Assembly: GCF_030028105.1 (NCBI RefSeq)
Contig: NC_092377.1
Span: 88,256,569-88,320,568, forward strand
Source of the DNA: Mobula birostris
Lineage: Eukaryota
DNA: 64,000 nt
Direction of reading: 5' to 3'
Of this stretch, positions 12,790 through 25,480 are shown in pieces. The stretch's first letter is position 1, and the number at the start of each line of letters is the position of its first letter. Under the pieces are notes generated by a model. It worked only from the letters and a program-made list of their open reading frames with translations. It was not told where the DNA came from and did no database searches. The translations under genes were made by a program, and so were the position numbers.

Positions 12790-13500
12790 AGCCACTGGGA
12801 CATCTTCCGGGAAGCGAACAAAATCGATAGCCCGCTCTCCGAGCCCCCGCGGAACTCGACCTGTCCACCAATGGGCATCGCGGGTAGGATTACGTCACGC
12901 TACCGCCTCTCCGGCGCCGCAGAGGTCACATGATCACCCAGCCTATCCCACGTGACACGTCCTTCCTCCGCTCGGTGCATTCTGGTTATTCGGTGTGTCC
13001 TTGTGGCGACATGAGCGGCCTGGCAGTACGCGGCCTGCGGGTAAGGAGGGAGGGGAGCCCGCGGCTCGGCCGCAGACGGGAAGGGGTGCGGGGAACTTCG
13101 GAGGAGGAGCAACGGGGTCCAGCAAGGAATCGTGGGGGGGGGGGGTGGAAAGGTCAGTCGGAAGACCTTGACGAGGTGGGGAGCTGGGGCGAAGGCATTG
13201 GTGTGGAAGGTGGGCCAAGGCTGCTGGTATGTGTGTTTGGGGGGTAGATTACCAGCTATAGCCGCAGTATGTGTTTCCTAATATCAATATCCGGAGACAG
13301 GCTGGGACCCCAGACCACCATGTCCAGCCAGAAATTATCGATGGCCTTGCGCTCTGGTACGGCTATCCTAAATTATCTCACTCCTCAGCTTTTTTTTTGT
13401 AAACTTCGGCTTGCTAATTTTCTCCCTGTTTGCCTTTAGCCAATAACCTTCCCGGAAGTCGAATTAGCTTTTATGGCGTCGAGTTGTGGATTCACTTGTA
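12790..13500 (+). promoter_or_regulatory. CpG-island promoter of COX7A
   Basis: CCAAT (~12868), CRE-like TTACGTCA (~12890), AGGTCACATGA (~12923), E-box CACGTGAC (~12949), ETS/GABP-like CCGGAAGT (~13453). Confidence 0.75.
13011..13040 (+). CDS. COX7A1: Cytochrome c oxidase subunit 7A, exon 1 (MSGLAVRGLR, transit peptide)
   Basis: ATG in GCGACATGA context within the CpG island; phase-0 donor CGG|GTAAGG; in frame with exon 2. Confidence 0.8.
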
Positions 13501-13737
13501 TTTTACTTTTAATGTTGCCTCTTATTTCGCTCGTGACTTAATCTGAATTCTAGAGGCAGACCCATTTGCCACAAGAAATGGTTTCTTCATTTTGTCACTC
13601 ACTTGAATAGTCTTATCAAGTTTCTTTCACTTGAGGAGAACAATTCTCACTTATCTAGCCTTCTTGAGGTGCAGCCCTGGTGTGTTTGATAAATCTCACT
13701 ACATCTGGTCCAGGGCGTATGATGTGATGCTAATAGC

Positions 13738-14312
13738 TCAGAATCAGGTTTAATATCACTGGCATATTTTGAGAAATTTGTTGTTTTGTGGCAGCAGTGC
13801 ATTGTAATATAAAATCACAATAAAAATATAGTTTTTAAATAAGTAGTGCAAAAAGAGAGCAAAAAATCGAATTAGTCCATTCAGACATCTGATGGCAGAG
13901 GGGAAGAAGCTGTTCCTAAAGCATTGGGTGTGAGTCTTCAGACTCCTGTACCTCTGATAGCAAAGAGAAGAGGGCATGTCCTCGGTGATGGAGGTCCTTA
14001 ATTATGGATGCTGTCTTTTTTGACATTGCCTTTTGAAGATATCCTCTACCCATGATGGAGTTGGAGCTGGCTGACTTCACAACTTTCTGCAGCTTTTTCC
14101 AATCACGCACACCCATTCCCTCATAGCAGAGGGTGCTGCAACCAATTGGAAAGCTCTCCCCAGAATATCTGTCGAAATTTGCGTCAGTCTGTGGTGCCAT
14201 ACTAAGTCTCCTCAAACTTCTGAGGAAATAGAGCTGCTGGCCTGCCGCCTTTGTAGTTGCATCAACGTGTTGGGCCCAGGATAGATCCTCAGATTTGTTG
14301 ACACGCAGGAAT
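13738..14312 (-). mobile_element. Rex1/Babar LINE 3' end
   Basis: SEDLSWAQH...LYFLRSLRRL...HALFSLL; FRNSFFPSAIR; 3' UTR motif. Confidence 0.85.
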
Positions 14313-14679
14313 TTTCTGGTAAATAGTAAATTGATGGTGTTTATGATTTCCCTCGACAGAAGCTTACCACAAATGATCAATCCTGTCTATGGGTTGGCTC
14401 TTTTCGATATCACCTATAACCGTCATGTTCCCAAACTGTTTCAGCCGGGAGCAGTTAAGTTGAAATGTTCTGGCACAGTAAATAGAAAGAATAATGTTTA
14501 AATATATCTTGTTTGCAATAGATTAGGGCGTGGCCATGTAGCTTTTAAGATAAAAACTAAAACGTAATTAAACGTGTATTTAATATGCATAGCAATTTTG
14601 AAGTACACTTACTGGTCAAATGAGACCCCATAGATTTAAAACTCATTTTAGAGCATTGGAGCAGCATGATATGACCCTT

Positions 14680-14871
14680 ACAACAGGAATTCTGCAGATG
14701 CTGGAAATTCAAGCAACACACATCAAAGTTGCTGGTGAACGCAGCAGGCCAGGCAGCATCTCTAGGAAGAGGTACAGTCGACGTTTCAGGCCGAGACCCT
14801 TCGTCAGGACTAACTGAAGGAAGAGTTAGTAAGAAAATCTGCCCGGCCTGCTGCGTTCACCAGCAACTTTG
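14680..14871. mobile_element. Short palindromic Penelope-derived insertion with 14-bp TSD
   Basis: TSD ATGATATGACCCTT at 14666-14679 and 14872-14885; inverted arms ATCAAAGTTGCTGGTGAACGCAGCAGGCC. Confidence 0.85.
14776..14811 (-). ncRNA. Minimal type I hammerhead ribozyme motif
   Basis: Minus strand AGTC-CTGACGA-AGGGTCTCGGCCT-GAAAC-GTC^GACT: intact CUGANGA and GAAA boxes, stems I and II, GUC triplet, loop-less palindromic stem III. Confidence 0.75.
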
Positions 14872-16441
14872 ATGATATGACCCTTTGAGTCTTGCTGGAC
14901 AAAGTGTAGTGTTTTTTTTAATGACTGGAATTATTCACTAGAAGAGCAAGATATCACTGAAACTAGTTGGTGAACTTTTGTTTCCATTGTGATGTGCAGG
15001 CTCCAGAGTTTTGTTTTCAGTTTTCAGGCTCATTGTGAGCATTGAGTTTTACCATTTTTACAGTTGGAGTCCAGGCCAGTTCTCCTGTGGGGGTGGAGAC
15101 AGTGGCTTATCAAAATCCATTACTTCCTCGTTACTTTATGCTTGTTTGACATTTTAACTTGTAATGCTATATGCTGTAGTGGTGCCTTCGTTCTTGCACC
15201 TCATTTTATGTTCACTATTTAGTTTCTATATTTTTTAAAAAAACTAAAGCTTGCTGAGCTTTGAATTTTCCCTGGTTTGTCTGCTGAGTTTGTAAGTCTT
15301 TCGTTTTCTCCTTGCCTTTTACTGCATTCATTGTATTGAAATACTGATATGCACAATACAATACCTACATGAGATGGAGCAAAAACCTTATAATAGAAGC
15401 ATATGACTTTATAAAAAAAATGGCTGGATGTTTAGTTTTGAATAGATGGTGGTATTATTGGGCATGTTGTGTGGATGACCTTTCTCAGTGTAGACTTGTT
15501 GGGATGAATGGCCTCCAATGTCACATGAGAAAAATGTAAGATAAAGGACAAACTCTCTTGGCTGAGAATCACTCCATAATTCCACCCTAAATACGCTTGC
15601 TACAGTCTCATTTGCCCTTTCTAATATCCTATGTACAAAGTACACTAATTACTTAAGAACAATATCTGACCTTTGCAACCTTTGCTATCGCAAAAGGAAA
15701 GAGCAGCAGGTATATGGAATGGCACCATCCTGACTTGCAAGTTTATCACAATTGCTGAGTTTAAATATGAGAACACAATGCAGCAGAAGCAAGCCATCCA
15801 GTCCCTCAAGTCTGCCTCAGCATTAACAGTCCTGTGCCAGTTGCCCATAACCTCAGTTCTGATCTTGCAGAACTTTATTTACTGCCTCAAGTCTTTGAGG
15901 GAGAGAATTCCAGAGATTCACCACCTTTTGTGAAAAACTCTTTGAGTGCAGCAATTTTAAATTGCTCTTTTTTTCTTGTAACTATGACCCCATGTTTGAA
16001 AGTTTGTGGGGTGGGGAGCTGTTTGGTATTTTTGGTACAGTTTCTATCCTCAGGCACATGGGCTGCACTTTTGTGTAACTTGCTGACCTCCCTCTGATCC
16101 CTTATTTGCCTGTTCTGCAATACACTGCTTCCACTTCTCAACAGAGGCATGGAACACCCTCATCGTACTAGGGAGATCAGGTTTCATAATGATTTTGCTT
16201 CCCTTGCTGGATGTTTCCATCTCCACCAACTCCCAATAGTAAGCTAGTAGGTGTCTTTCAAAGGGTGTGTGTCATTCAGCTGCGTCAGGCAGGATGGGGG
16301 ACCAAAACCCTGGGGGAGTATTCACCTCCATTCTGCGATAAACCCCATACAGCAGTGTTCTGATGTTCGGATGGATACCTGTAGCTCAAAGAACAATCCA
16401 CATAAACGAGGACATGGGCAGGGCCTGAGCCTCTGTTTCCT

Positions 16442-17156
16442 TGTGGAAGTCGAATCCAGATAAAGTCACCCAGAGACCGTATAAGTACAAACTCTTTATT
16501 CCAAGCACCTGGGGCTTACTCAGTTAGTTGTTCAAACAGGAACAGTCTATGATTGTCTATGACTGTTCCTGCCCAATCCACGAACTAACTTAACAATCCC
16601 CCTCATAACACAGATATATTTGCCTAGATACCCCCCACACAAGACAGGCTGGAGCCAAAGTTATTTACTACATGACAACCCCGAAAGACAAATTACAAAA
16701 TAGTCATAATGGCTTACACACACAGAACAGACTGAAGCTGTCTTATCTCTACATATGACTACATGAGGAGATAAGCATCTTAAAGGCTCTAGCTGACTAC
16801 CTTCAAAAGGAAATAGTGCTCTAACAAAATTCGCACATCTGTTGGTCATCAAGGTTTCTCACAGGAAAAAAAAGAGAAAAAAAAGCAGGCTGCTATGTTT
16901 AATGAAGGCTGGCTGTTGGTGTAGTGGCATCAGCGCCGGACTTTGGAGTGAAGGCTCCCGTGTTCGAATCCAGCCGGCTCCCTTGCACACTTTCCATCCG
17001 TGCTGGGTTGAGGGTTGAGCGTCGAGCTAGCAACTCAGCCTCGTAAAAATAAGAAAATGCCGTCATGACGGTGTCCCGATGACTCCACTCGGAGTTAAGG
17101 GCTTTCTTCTCTTCTTCATGTTTAATGACTGTGTTAACCTTTTACATACTTTATTA
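16442..17156 (-). mobile_element. Probable solo LTR inserted in the ERV pol
   Basis: 4-bp TSD TCCT (16438-16441, 17157-17160); removing it restores the pol frame AFEAAEETEAQALP; minus-strand AATAAA ~55 nt before a CCACA end; the other end is TA rather than TG. Confidence 0.6.
16906..17117 (+). mobile_element. tRNA-derived SINE with (TTC)n tail
   Basis: A box TGGTGTAGTGG, B box GTTCGAATCC; 11-bp TSD ATGTTTAATGA at 16895-16905 and 17118-17128. Confidence 0.85.
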
Positions 17157-18671
17157 TCCTCAGCAGCCTCGAATGCCTGTTGTTGCTCTGGACGCCACTC
17201 AAAAGTTGCTTTTTTCCTCGTTACTTTATGTGAGGGTCATAACAGAATGATTAGGTGTGGTATGTGCTGTCTCCAGGAGCCCAAAAGCCCCATGAACCTT
17301 TGGGTCCCTTGCTTATTGTTGGGGGCGGTCATTTCAGTTGTCTTGTTCCATACTTGGTCTGGGATTCCTTGATGTCCCGAGACCCACTGGATACCCAGAA
17401 ACGGGACTGTCTGGCCTGGCCACTTTATTTTCTATGAATTCATCACCCATGTAGCTTACCAGCATGTCCAGGGCTTCTGTTACCCCTTCCTAGGTGGATC
17501 CTCTTAGCATGATGTCATCGATATGTATACTACCTGTGTATCAGGCGAGAGAGTACATGCATCGAGGGCTTGCGGTATCAGTCCATGACACAGGGCTGTG
17601 CACATACCTGTGAAGCAGTCTGGTAAAAGTGTACTGCCTGCCTTCCCAAGTAAAGACAAATTGGTCCTGTGAATCTGACGGGGGAAGGTTGACCAGCTCT
17701 ATTACAGCATACCAGTCCCTGTCTCCCTGTGACACTGTCACTATGCAGCAGTTAATGGAAGGACAAACTTATTTAACTGAGGATATTCAACTGTCATCCT
17801 CCAGCTGTTGTCTGATTTCTTCACTGGCCAGAAAGGACTGTCATACTGAGGTTACATGCCTGATCCATCTTGTTTTAACAGTTCTTATGGTGTCTGTGAC
17901 ATCTGTATGTGTTAGCACTGTTTCACACAATCCATGACACTCAGAGGTGGTATTAGAAGAGGCTCCCACTTCTCTAGTTGCTATTAATATGACAAATGGG
18001 AACTACCCCAATCTAGTCGGCACTGTCTGTCTCTAGAAATGCATTTCAGTGGTATTTTCAGATAACGCGATTGGCTATCAGTACTTGGGCTTCCTTTGGC
18101 CAACCGTCCTCAATAGCCAATCGGACTGTCATTTCCCATGTTTTATTGTATTTCCTCCTAAATCCTCCTGAAGCACCTGAGGTCCCTGATGTTGGTCAGG
18201 GTTTCCAGGTATGTTCAGTACCTGTGACCAGCCCTCCGCTGGACTCGCAAGGCATTTTTAATGCTTCCCAAAATGCCATTTACCTTCGCAACCATACCGC
18301 AGCCGTTGGCCAACTTTTTGTGATTTATGCATAGTAACATCTAAATCCTTCTGTACCTGTTTGCAAAATCTTGCCATTATAAAATTGTTCACCTTTGGAT
18401 TTCTCTTACTGAAGTGCGTGACATCGCACTTGCCCACATTAACCTCAATTTGGCAGGGTTTTGCAAACTCAGCCGACCGATCTATATCCAGTTCTCAGAT
18501 CCAAATAGCATTGTTGCTGTATGCCCTCCTGCCTATTTTTGTATTGCTGCTGAACCTTCATAGTTCGTACTCCACTCACTCCTGGGTCGTTAAAGCAGGT
18601 AGTAAATAATTGGGGGACTGGAAGTCACCCTTGAGGCTCTTTGTACTTAAATGTTTGTTGTTTTTCCTCAG

Positions 18672-18761
18672 GCCTTCCAGCAGCTGTCGCGCCGGACCTT
18701 CAGCAGCACAGCTTGCAGAGGGTTGGAGAATAAGGTTCCTGAAAAGCAGAAACTTTTCCAG
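18672..18761 (+). CDS. COX7A1: Cytochrome c oxidase subunit 7A, exon 2 (AFQQLSRRTFSSTACRGLENKVPEKQKLFQ)
   Basis: Pyrimidine tract + CAG acceptor; 90 nt; CAG|GTGAGC donor; NKVPEKQKLFQ family signature. Confidence 0.95.
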
Positions 18762-19704
18762 GTGAGCAGTGTGTGTGTGATAAGGATGGGCTCTGAGCTC
18801 TTTGGGCTTAGCGGCTTTGGTTATTTTGTCAATAATTGTTAGTTTTTCCAGGCTGTGCACATATTGTCGAATGTGGTTGGGAGTGGATCTTGAGCATTAA
18901 TGCACCATCGTGTGATTGAGCCAGCAAATGCTCAACATCTTGACTATTATTTGAAAACTGTATGTTGGAATAGAACCTGCTGCTGAAACCGTTGTGTATG
19001 AATTACTAAACGCGAAAAGACATTCTGGTAATCACATGATAGAATGGTGAATAAGTTATTTGGTAACTAGTTAAAACTGATAATTCTAGGTGGGAGGTAA
19101 GGTAAAACCCAGCAAAGTGTTGGGAACCATAGGTCTAAATCTATCTCTCTTGCATGAATGCTGCACTTTTTTAAATGTCATGTCTTCAGTTAGTTGTACT
19201 TTAAAATGCTGAGTTGTCCATTTTTGCCAGCAACCATAGTGAAGGTCAAGGCATTCCTGTGACTTGACCTCCTTTGCTGTTCCACGCTCAGACTTGGATT
19301 TCAGAATGAGGACAGTGGAAAATCCCTACAGATTAGTTAGTCTCAAGTTACTGTGGCCCATAATTGCACATTTTACCAAGATGAAATCTTTTTTTTTAAT
19401 TTAAAGTTGTCACTTTATAGGCAAATCTGTGAATGGAATTGCATCCAAAAATTGAGATTTAGTGGTTTCATCAATAAAAGTAATCTTAAATTTTGTAAAT
19501 ATTTTAATCATGAAACATACTTGATAAATGGTTCCCAACCTGTGGGTGCAGCTTGAAAATCATTTTGAGGTAGTTAAAACACATTTATAGGAGAAGGCAA
19601 TCCTACAATGAAGCGAAAAAGGAAAGGAAGAGATTATGAAAGTAAATTAGCTCAAATTCAGAGGAATGAGCATGGACCTTACAGAAACATAAAATTAAGA
19701 AAGA

Positions 19705-20066
19705 TGGATAAAATAGAGGCAGGAGATTGGTTTCCGCTGGCAAGTGAGACTAGAACTAGGGGATATAGCCTCAAGATTTGCAGAAATAGATTTAGAATGG
19801 AGATGGAGAGAAATTGGTTTTCCCAGAGAGTAGTAAATCTGTAGAATTCTTTACCTGGGGAAGCAGCAGAAGCTACGTCAGTGAATGTATTTAGGATCCA
19901 GTGAGGGGGATTTTTTGTACAGCAAGGTAATTAAGGGTTATTTGGGAGGGCGGGTGGAGGAAGGCAGGTGGGTAGAACTGAGTCCATGGCCAGGTCAGCT
20001 GTGATCTTTTTGAATTGTAAAGGGTCAGACGTGGGTATTCCTGCTCCTATTCCTTATGTTCTTGTA
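19705..20066 (+). mobile_element. CR1 LINE 3' end
   Basis: FPLASETRTRGYSLKI...FSQRVVNL and CR1 3' tail. Confidence 0.8.
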
Positions 20067-20769
20067 GCTTACCACAGGAACTAGATGCAGATTAGTTGGA
20101 GAACTGGTTTGTACTCAATTTCTATAAGGATTATTGCAAACTAGGAATTGTTGAAGTAAACAAAAATTAAATGCAATTATTATTGTACTCTTGAGTATTG
20201 CAGCTTTAAGCTTCAGTATGTTTAACTCTTATACTTGGCCTTAAACTTATTTACAGCCTATCCGTTCTTCCAAAGTGAATTCTTGATTCTTTATCTTCCC
20301 TTACTTTTTGTGAAGAATTGAATTGGTTTTGAGCTTCCAACAGACATTGCTGGCTGGAGCTACGGTCAGTAGTTAAGGTGTGGATTTGTTGTGTGATTGA
20401 GCTTGACTTTTGGCTGCATGTCCATAGGTAGTATAGGTAGTTGACTAACCAAAGGCACTGAGGTGCTCTTCAGTGTTTCCAGGTGCTGGCTAAGTTCTCT
20501 AATTCCCCGCAGTGAAGAGTATTCTCCCTTACTGAACTATGTTCAACTATCTCTAAATTAATAGTGTCAGTCACTTCAGAGAATTAGTAAAACAATTTGA
20601 TTTTTTTGCATCTAAACCCTTTAATGCCTCACGCAGTGGCATAGTCTGCTTCTAACCCCTTTTGTGCAGTGATCCTGCCAATTAACCTTTGCTTTCAAAT
20701 GCTTGTCTCTATTGGGCATTTTGTGACAAAGATCACTAATCCTAACCCAGAAAGAGCAATTCTTTAAGC

Positions 20770-21140
20770 TCAAAGCTCAGAGTAAATTTATTATCAAAGT
20801 ACATGTATGTCAACATATACAACCCTGAGATTCATTTTCTTGTGGGCATTCACAGTAAGTACAAGAAACACAATAGAATCAAAGAATGATCACCCCCAAC
20901 CAATGTGCAAAAGACAACACTGTGCAAATACAAAAAGAAATAATAATAAATAAGCAATAAATATCAATAACATGAGATGAAGAGTTCTTGTGGGAACAGT
21001 TCAGTGATGGGGCGTGAAGTTGAGTGAAGTTATCCCCACTGGTTCATGAGCTTGATGATTGAAGAATAATAACTGTTCCTGAACCTGGTGGTGTGGGTTT
21101 TGGGGTCCCTGTACCTTTTTCCTGATGGCAGCAGATCCCA
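20770..21140 (-). mobile_element. Rex1/Babar LINE 3' UTR
   Basis: Similar to 38595-39060 and 44130-44560. Confidence 0.7.
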
Positions 21141-23904
21141 GGGATGTGTAGAATTGCATTTTTGTTTCATTCCAATCAGAAAAGTCAGATCTCATCAAGT
21201 TGCCAGGCACAGAGTTGATATTGCAATATTTCTGTGTCCTGTTGGAGCTGTAGTTGAGCCTCATTCTGGAATATAACTCTCCATTTGATCCTTCTGTACA
21301 GAGGATATTGATAGTGTTTCCTGCAAGTGCACCACACAATCTAGTTTGAGTAAGGGAGTTTACTTAGAAGTACAGTGACAGTTAAGAGAAGTTTGAATAG
21401 TGCTTGGAGGAAATTGTGCAAGTTATTCTGGTTTTGGTGGGGGTTGGATGTTTCTCAACTTATTTCTCACTTATCATATGTTTAAGGTCTTGTGTCTTGG
21501 AATGGATTTGCAAGAGAGAGGTTTATGCAATACTGTTGAGAAGACCATAAAGCATATAAAATGCTTTCTATCCTAATCTAAAAATGTTAAATATTTGTTC
21601 CACTAGATGTCAGATTGCAGATGTGTTCAACAATTATTCCATTGCCAGTTGGAATTAACTAACTCACAGGGTTTGCTCTGGCTTCTTTCTTCATTCTTAG
21701 TTAGCAAGCACGTTAAAACAAGGAGTAATATTTTCTCCAGGAAGAGACTGTTGCAATGAGAAATAAAAAAAAAGGGTGCGTCAGATTTTGTATTGTAAAG
21801 GCGTGACAAATATTTTGGAACATCAAAGGCAAGAGGAAAATACAATGCAAGAGGGTTTCATAAGGCTTCTGTTTCCGAAAACTGTCGTAAACCATTTTTT
21901 CTTAAGTCAGAAATATCCAGTTTCTGTGGCTATCCATATCGTATTGCTTTGTATACACTAATTTCTTCAAATATTTGCCCTAACACTACCCTTAAACTAG
22001 TAGAATATACATTATATCCATTTGTTAATGAACACTATTTTATAATTCCTATCTTGAAAATTGTTTTAAATGTTTATGTGAGGATTTGTGTAAAGTTGGA
22101 TTTCTGTTGATTGGGTAACCATGCAGCTCTGTATATAGATCATGCCTGGATCCTAATGACCTTTGAACAAAGAGATCTAGGGGTGGAAGTCCATAGCCCC
22201 TTGAAAGTGACAACACAAGTGGATAAGGTGGTAAAAAAGGCTTGTGGCAGGGTTACCTTCATTGGTTGAGGCATTGGGTGTAAAAAGTCTGGAAGCATGT
22301 TGGGGTGTATATAACTTTGGTGTGCCAAAGAGCCATGACTGTGTTGTGCAATTGTATGTTTTAAGCAAATTGCATTGCTGGCAATTCTTGGGTTGTGTGA
22401 ACTCTATGTTCTTCTTCTCACGATGCAATATGAAAAATAACAGTAAAGATCAGGAACCAACTCCATCATGTGCTTTGTGATCCCTGATAGTGAGAAGAAG
22501 CAGTTCCTCCAGGGATGAAGATTCACTCAATGCTGAACGCTCCATGCTTTTCTAGTTTCTCTACTGTAGTGCACAAGACTACTCTGCATTAAAAACAGAA
22601 AATGGCCGAGTTGTCAGGTGGAAAAATAAGGCTAACATTTTATGCTGTGGAGCTTCATGTAATCCTACACTATATATGCAGGGATATTCTCCAAGGGAAC
22701 TATAACATGACAATTTGAAATGGGGGCGATAGTCTGGGGAGGTGTACACTGCATGGTTAAATTTGGTCCTCAAATTATTAAGGGAGAGTCCAGAAGTGTT
22801 TTAAGGAGAATTGGAGTGGGATTAGGCCAGGTGATTAAATCATCTGGGGAGAGGATAGGAAAGTGGAATTAGCGATGTGGTATAGGGAGCGTGGAGCTGG
22901 CTTGCCACCACCACAAAGGCAATAACAAGTGACCTTGCCTGTGATGTCTGTGTCACAGGCCACTCATCATCCTCAATCCATCCAGATTAACCCAAATTAC
23001 AGTTGATTTAATCTGGATTATTGAGGAAAATGAGTGGCGGTTTTTTCAGCTAATCATATTTGGGTTGATTTTCAGGAAGAGATCATTGAGGTCAGCTCTT
23101 GGAGAAGAACAGGATGCCCTCCAAAGACTGCCTGGTGGATTACTTGGTCTTATTTAAAAAGGATTCATATTTAATTTGGATGTAGCAGAAACTGTGCAGT
23201 GTCTTGTTTCTAAACCTCGGCTGCCTTACGCTTTGTTGCTTTAAGAATAAGTTTGTTTTTCTGATTGAATTGTTATAATGGCAGACTTCAGGGCTTTTGG
23301 ATACAGAGCAATGAATATACTTGTCTTACAGTGGTTACTAATCTAACATTCTGCTACCTTAGTTACACACTGCAGGCAAAGCTGAGCAGATGGTTTGAAG
23401 CAGTTCCTGTTCAATAGTGTCCTGAGCAAATGCAAAACAAAGTGGGGTATATATACCCCTTTGGAGTGGAAGCCCCTTGCTTAGAATAGAGCTGGTCAGT
23501 GATTACTCTTATATTTTCATATCTTTATTAACCTTATCACTCTAAAATCTGACCTGCCTTATTCTCCAACCATCTGCCAGCATCAGTGGCCTCTGAATTT
23601 TCCATTGGGAACATCTTTGCAAAATTCCTCATCCCTCTCTGCTCCAGGTTCCCTGGGGATGAAAGCCAATATTCTCGGCCCAAAATCTTTTCCATAGATG
23701 CTGCCTGGCCTGGCCTGCTGAGTTCCTCCTGCATTTTGTGTGTGCTGCATCTGCAGATCTTTGGTTTTGGTGATTCCATTAATCTTTGTGCTTTAATCTA
23801 ATAGCTTTGGCTTTTCTGTACTGACATAATCCTTTGTTTCCATAGCTTCTGTGCCAACCTCTCTCTCCCACACTGTCCTCGTTGTAACAATGCATGCCTT
23901 CATG

Positions 23905-25480
23905 GAAACATAGAAAACCTACAGCAGAATACAGGCCCTTCGGCCCACAATGCTGTGCTGAACATGTGCTTATTTTAGAAATTACCTAGGTTTACCCATA
24001 GCCCTCTATTTTTCTAAGCTCCATGTACCTATCCAGGAGTATCTTAAAAGACCCTATCGTATCTGCCTCCACCACTGTCACCGGCAGCCCAATCCATGCA
24101 CTCACCACTCTCTGCGTAAAAAAACTTACCCCTGACATCTCCTCTGTACCTACTTCCAAGCACCTCAAAATTGTCCCGTCTCGTGTTAGCCATTTCAGCC
24201 CTGGGAAAAAGCCTCTGACTATCCACACGATCAGTGCCTTTCATCATCTTACACACCTCTGTCAAGTCACCTCTCATCCTCCACCACTCCAAGGTGAAAA
24301 GGCCGAGTTCACTCAACCTTTTCTCATAAGGCATGCTCCCCAATCCAGGCAACATCCTTGTACATCTCCTCTGCACCCTTTCTATGGCTTCCACATCCTG
24401 CCTGTAGTGAGGCGACCAGAACTGAGCACAGTACTCCAAGTGGGGTCTGACCAGGGTCCAAATACCTGTAACATTACCTCTCAGCTCTTAAACTCAATCC
24501 CACAGTTGAAGAAGGCCAATGCACTGTATGCCTTCTTAACCACAGAGTCAACCTGCGCAGCAGCTTTGAGTGTCCTATGGACTTGGACCCCAAAAATCCT
24601 CAGGTCCTCCACACTGCTAAGAGTCTATCATTAATACTGTATTCTGCCATCATGTTTGACCCACCAAAGTGAACCACCTCGCCAGTGCTTTGGTAAAGGA
24701 GATAGTACTGTGATCACTATCTCCAAAATGCTCTCCCACTGAGAGACCTGACACCTGACCAGGTTCATTTCCCAATACCAGATCAAGTACAGCGTCTCCT
24801 CTTGTAGGCTTATCTACATATTGTGTCAGGAAACCTTCCTGAACACACCTAACAAACTCCACCCCATCTAAACCCCTTGCTCTGGGGAGATGCCAATCAG
24901 TATTTGGGAAATTAAAATCTCCCACCACAGCAACCCTGTTATTATTACACCTTTCCAGAATCTGTCTCCCTATCTGCTCCTCGATGTCCATGTTACTATT
25001 GGGTGGTCTATAAAAAAAACCCAGTAGAGTTATTGACCCCCTCCTGTTCCTAACTTCTACCCACAGAGACTCAGTAGACAATCCCTCCATGACTTCCTTC
25101 TTTTCTGCAGCTGTGACACTATGTCTGATCAGCAGTGCCATGCCCCCACCTCATTTGCCTCCCGCCCTGCCCCTTCTGAAACATCTAAAGCCTAGTACTT
25201 GAAGTAACCATTCCTGCCCCTCAGCCATCCTAGTCTCTGTAATGGTCACAACATCATAGCTCAAGTACTGATCCATGCTCTAAGCTCATTGGCTTTGTTC
25301 ATGCTTCTTGCGTTAAAATAGACACATCTCAAATCATTGGTCTGAGCATATCCCTTCTTTATCACCTGCCTATCCTCTCTCTCGAACTGTCTCCAAGCTT
25401 TCTCGATTTGTGAGCCAACCGCCCCTTCCTCCATCTCTTCAGTTCAGTTCCCATCCCCCAGCAATTCTAGTTTAAACTCT
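23905..25480 (-). mobile_element. CR1 LINE with large internal deletion
   Basis: Endonuclease ORF (YRPPN, GDFN, DSDH) joined to the C-terminus (EYCAQFWSPH...); (TTTCTATG) tail at ~23905. Confidence 0.9.

Larger units (their letters stand above)
16040..18060 (-). mobile_element. Endogenous retrovirus pol relic, ERV-L-like (class III); interrupted
   Basis: QFVFTWEGRQYTFTRL..YVHSP; HIDDIMLRG; FLGIQW; GLLGSWRQHIPHL; after the insertion AVWGL, PGFWSPILP..HTPFERHLLAYYWELVE, MKPDLP, SKLH. Confidence 0.85.

Noticed and set aside
12930-13247. 105-aa ORF over the COX7A promoter
   Set aside because: Only 13011-13040 is exon; the rest is GC-rich UTR and intron
16906-16980. tRNA gene
   Set aside because: It is a SINE head: TSD and tail present, no proper cloverleaf or terminator
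14420-19135. Possible paired hAT TIRs (GTTCCCAA / TTGGGAAC) enclosing COX7A exon 2
   Set aside because: No matching TSD; more likely two independent decayed ends
24023-24634. 203-aa plus-strand ORF (and similar ORFs at 34367, 32628, 61573)
   Set aside because: Antisense shadows of CR1 coding sequence
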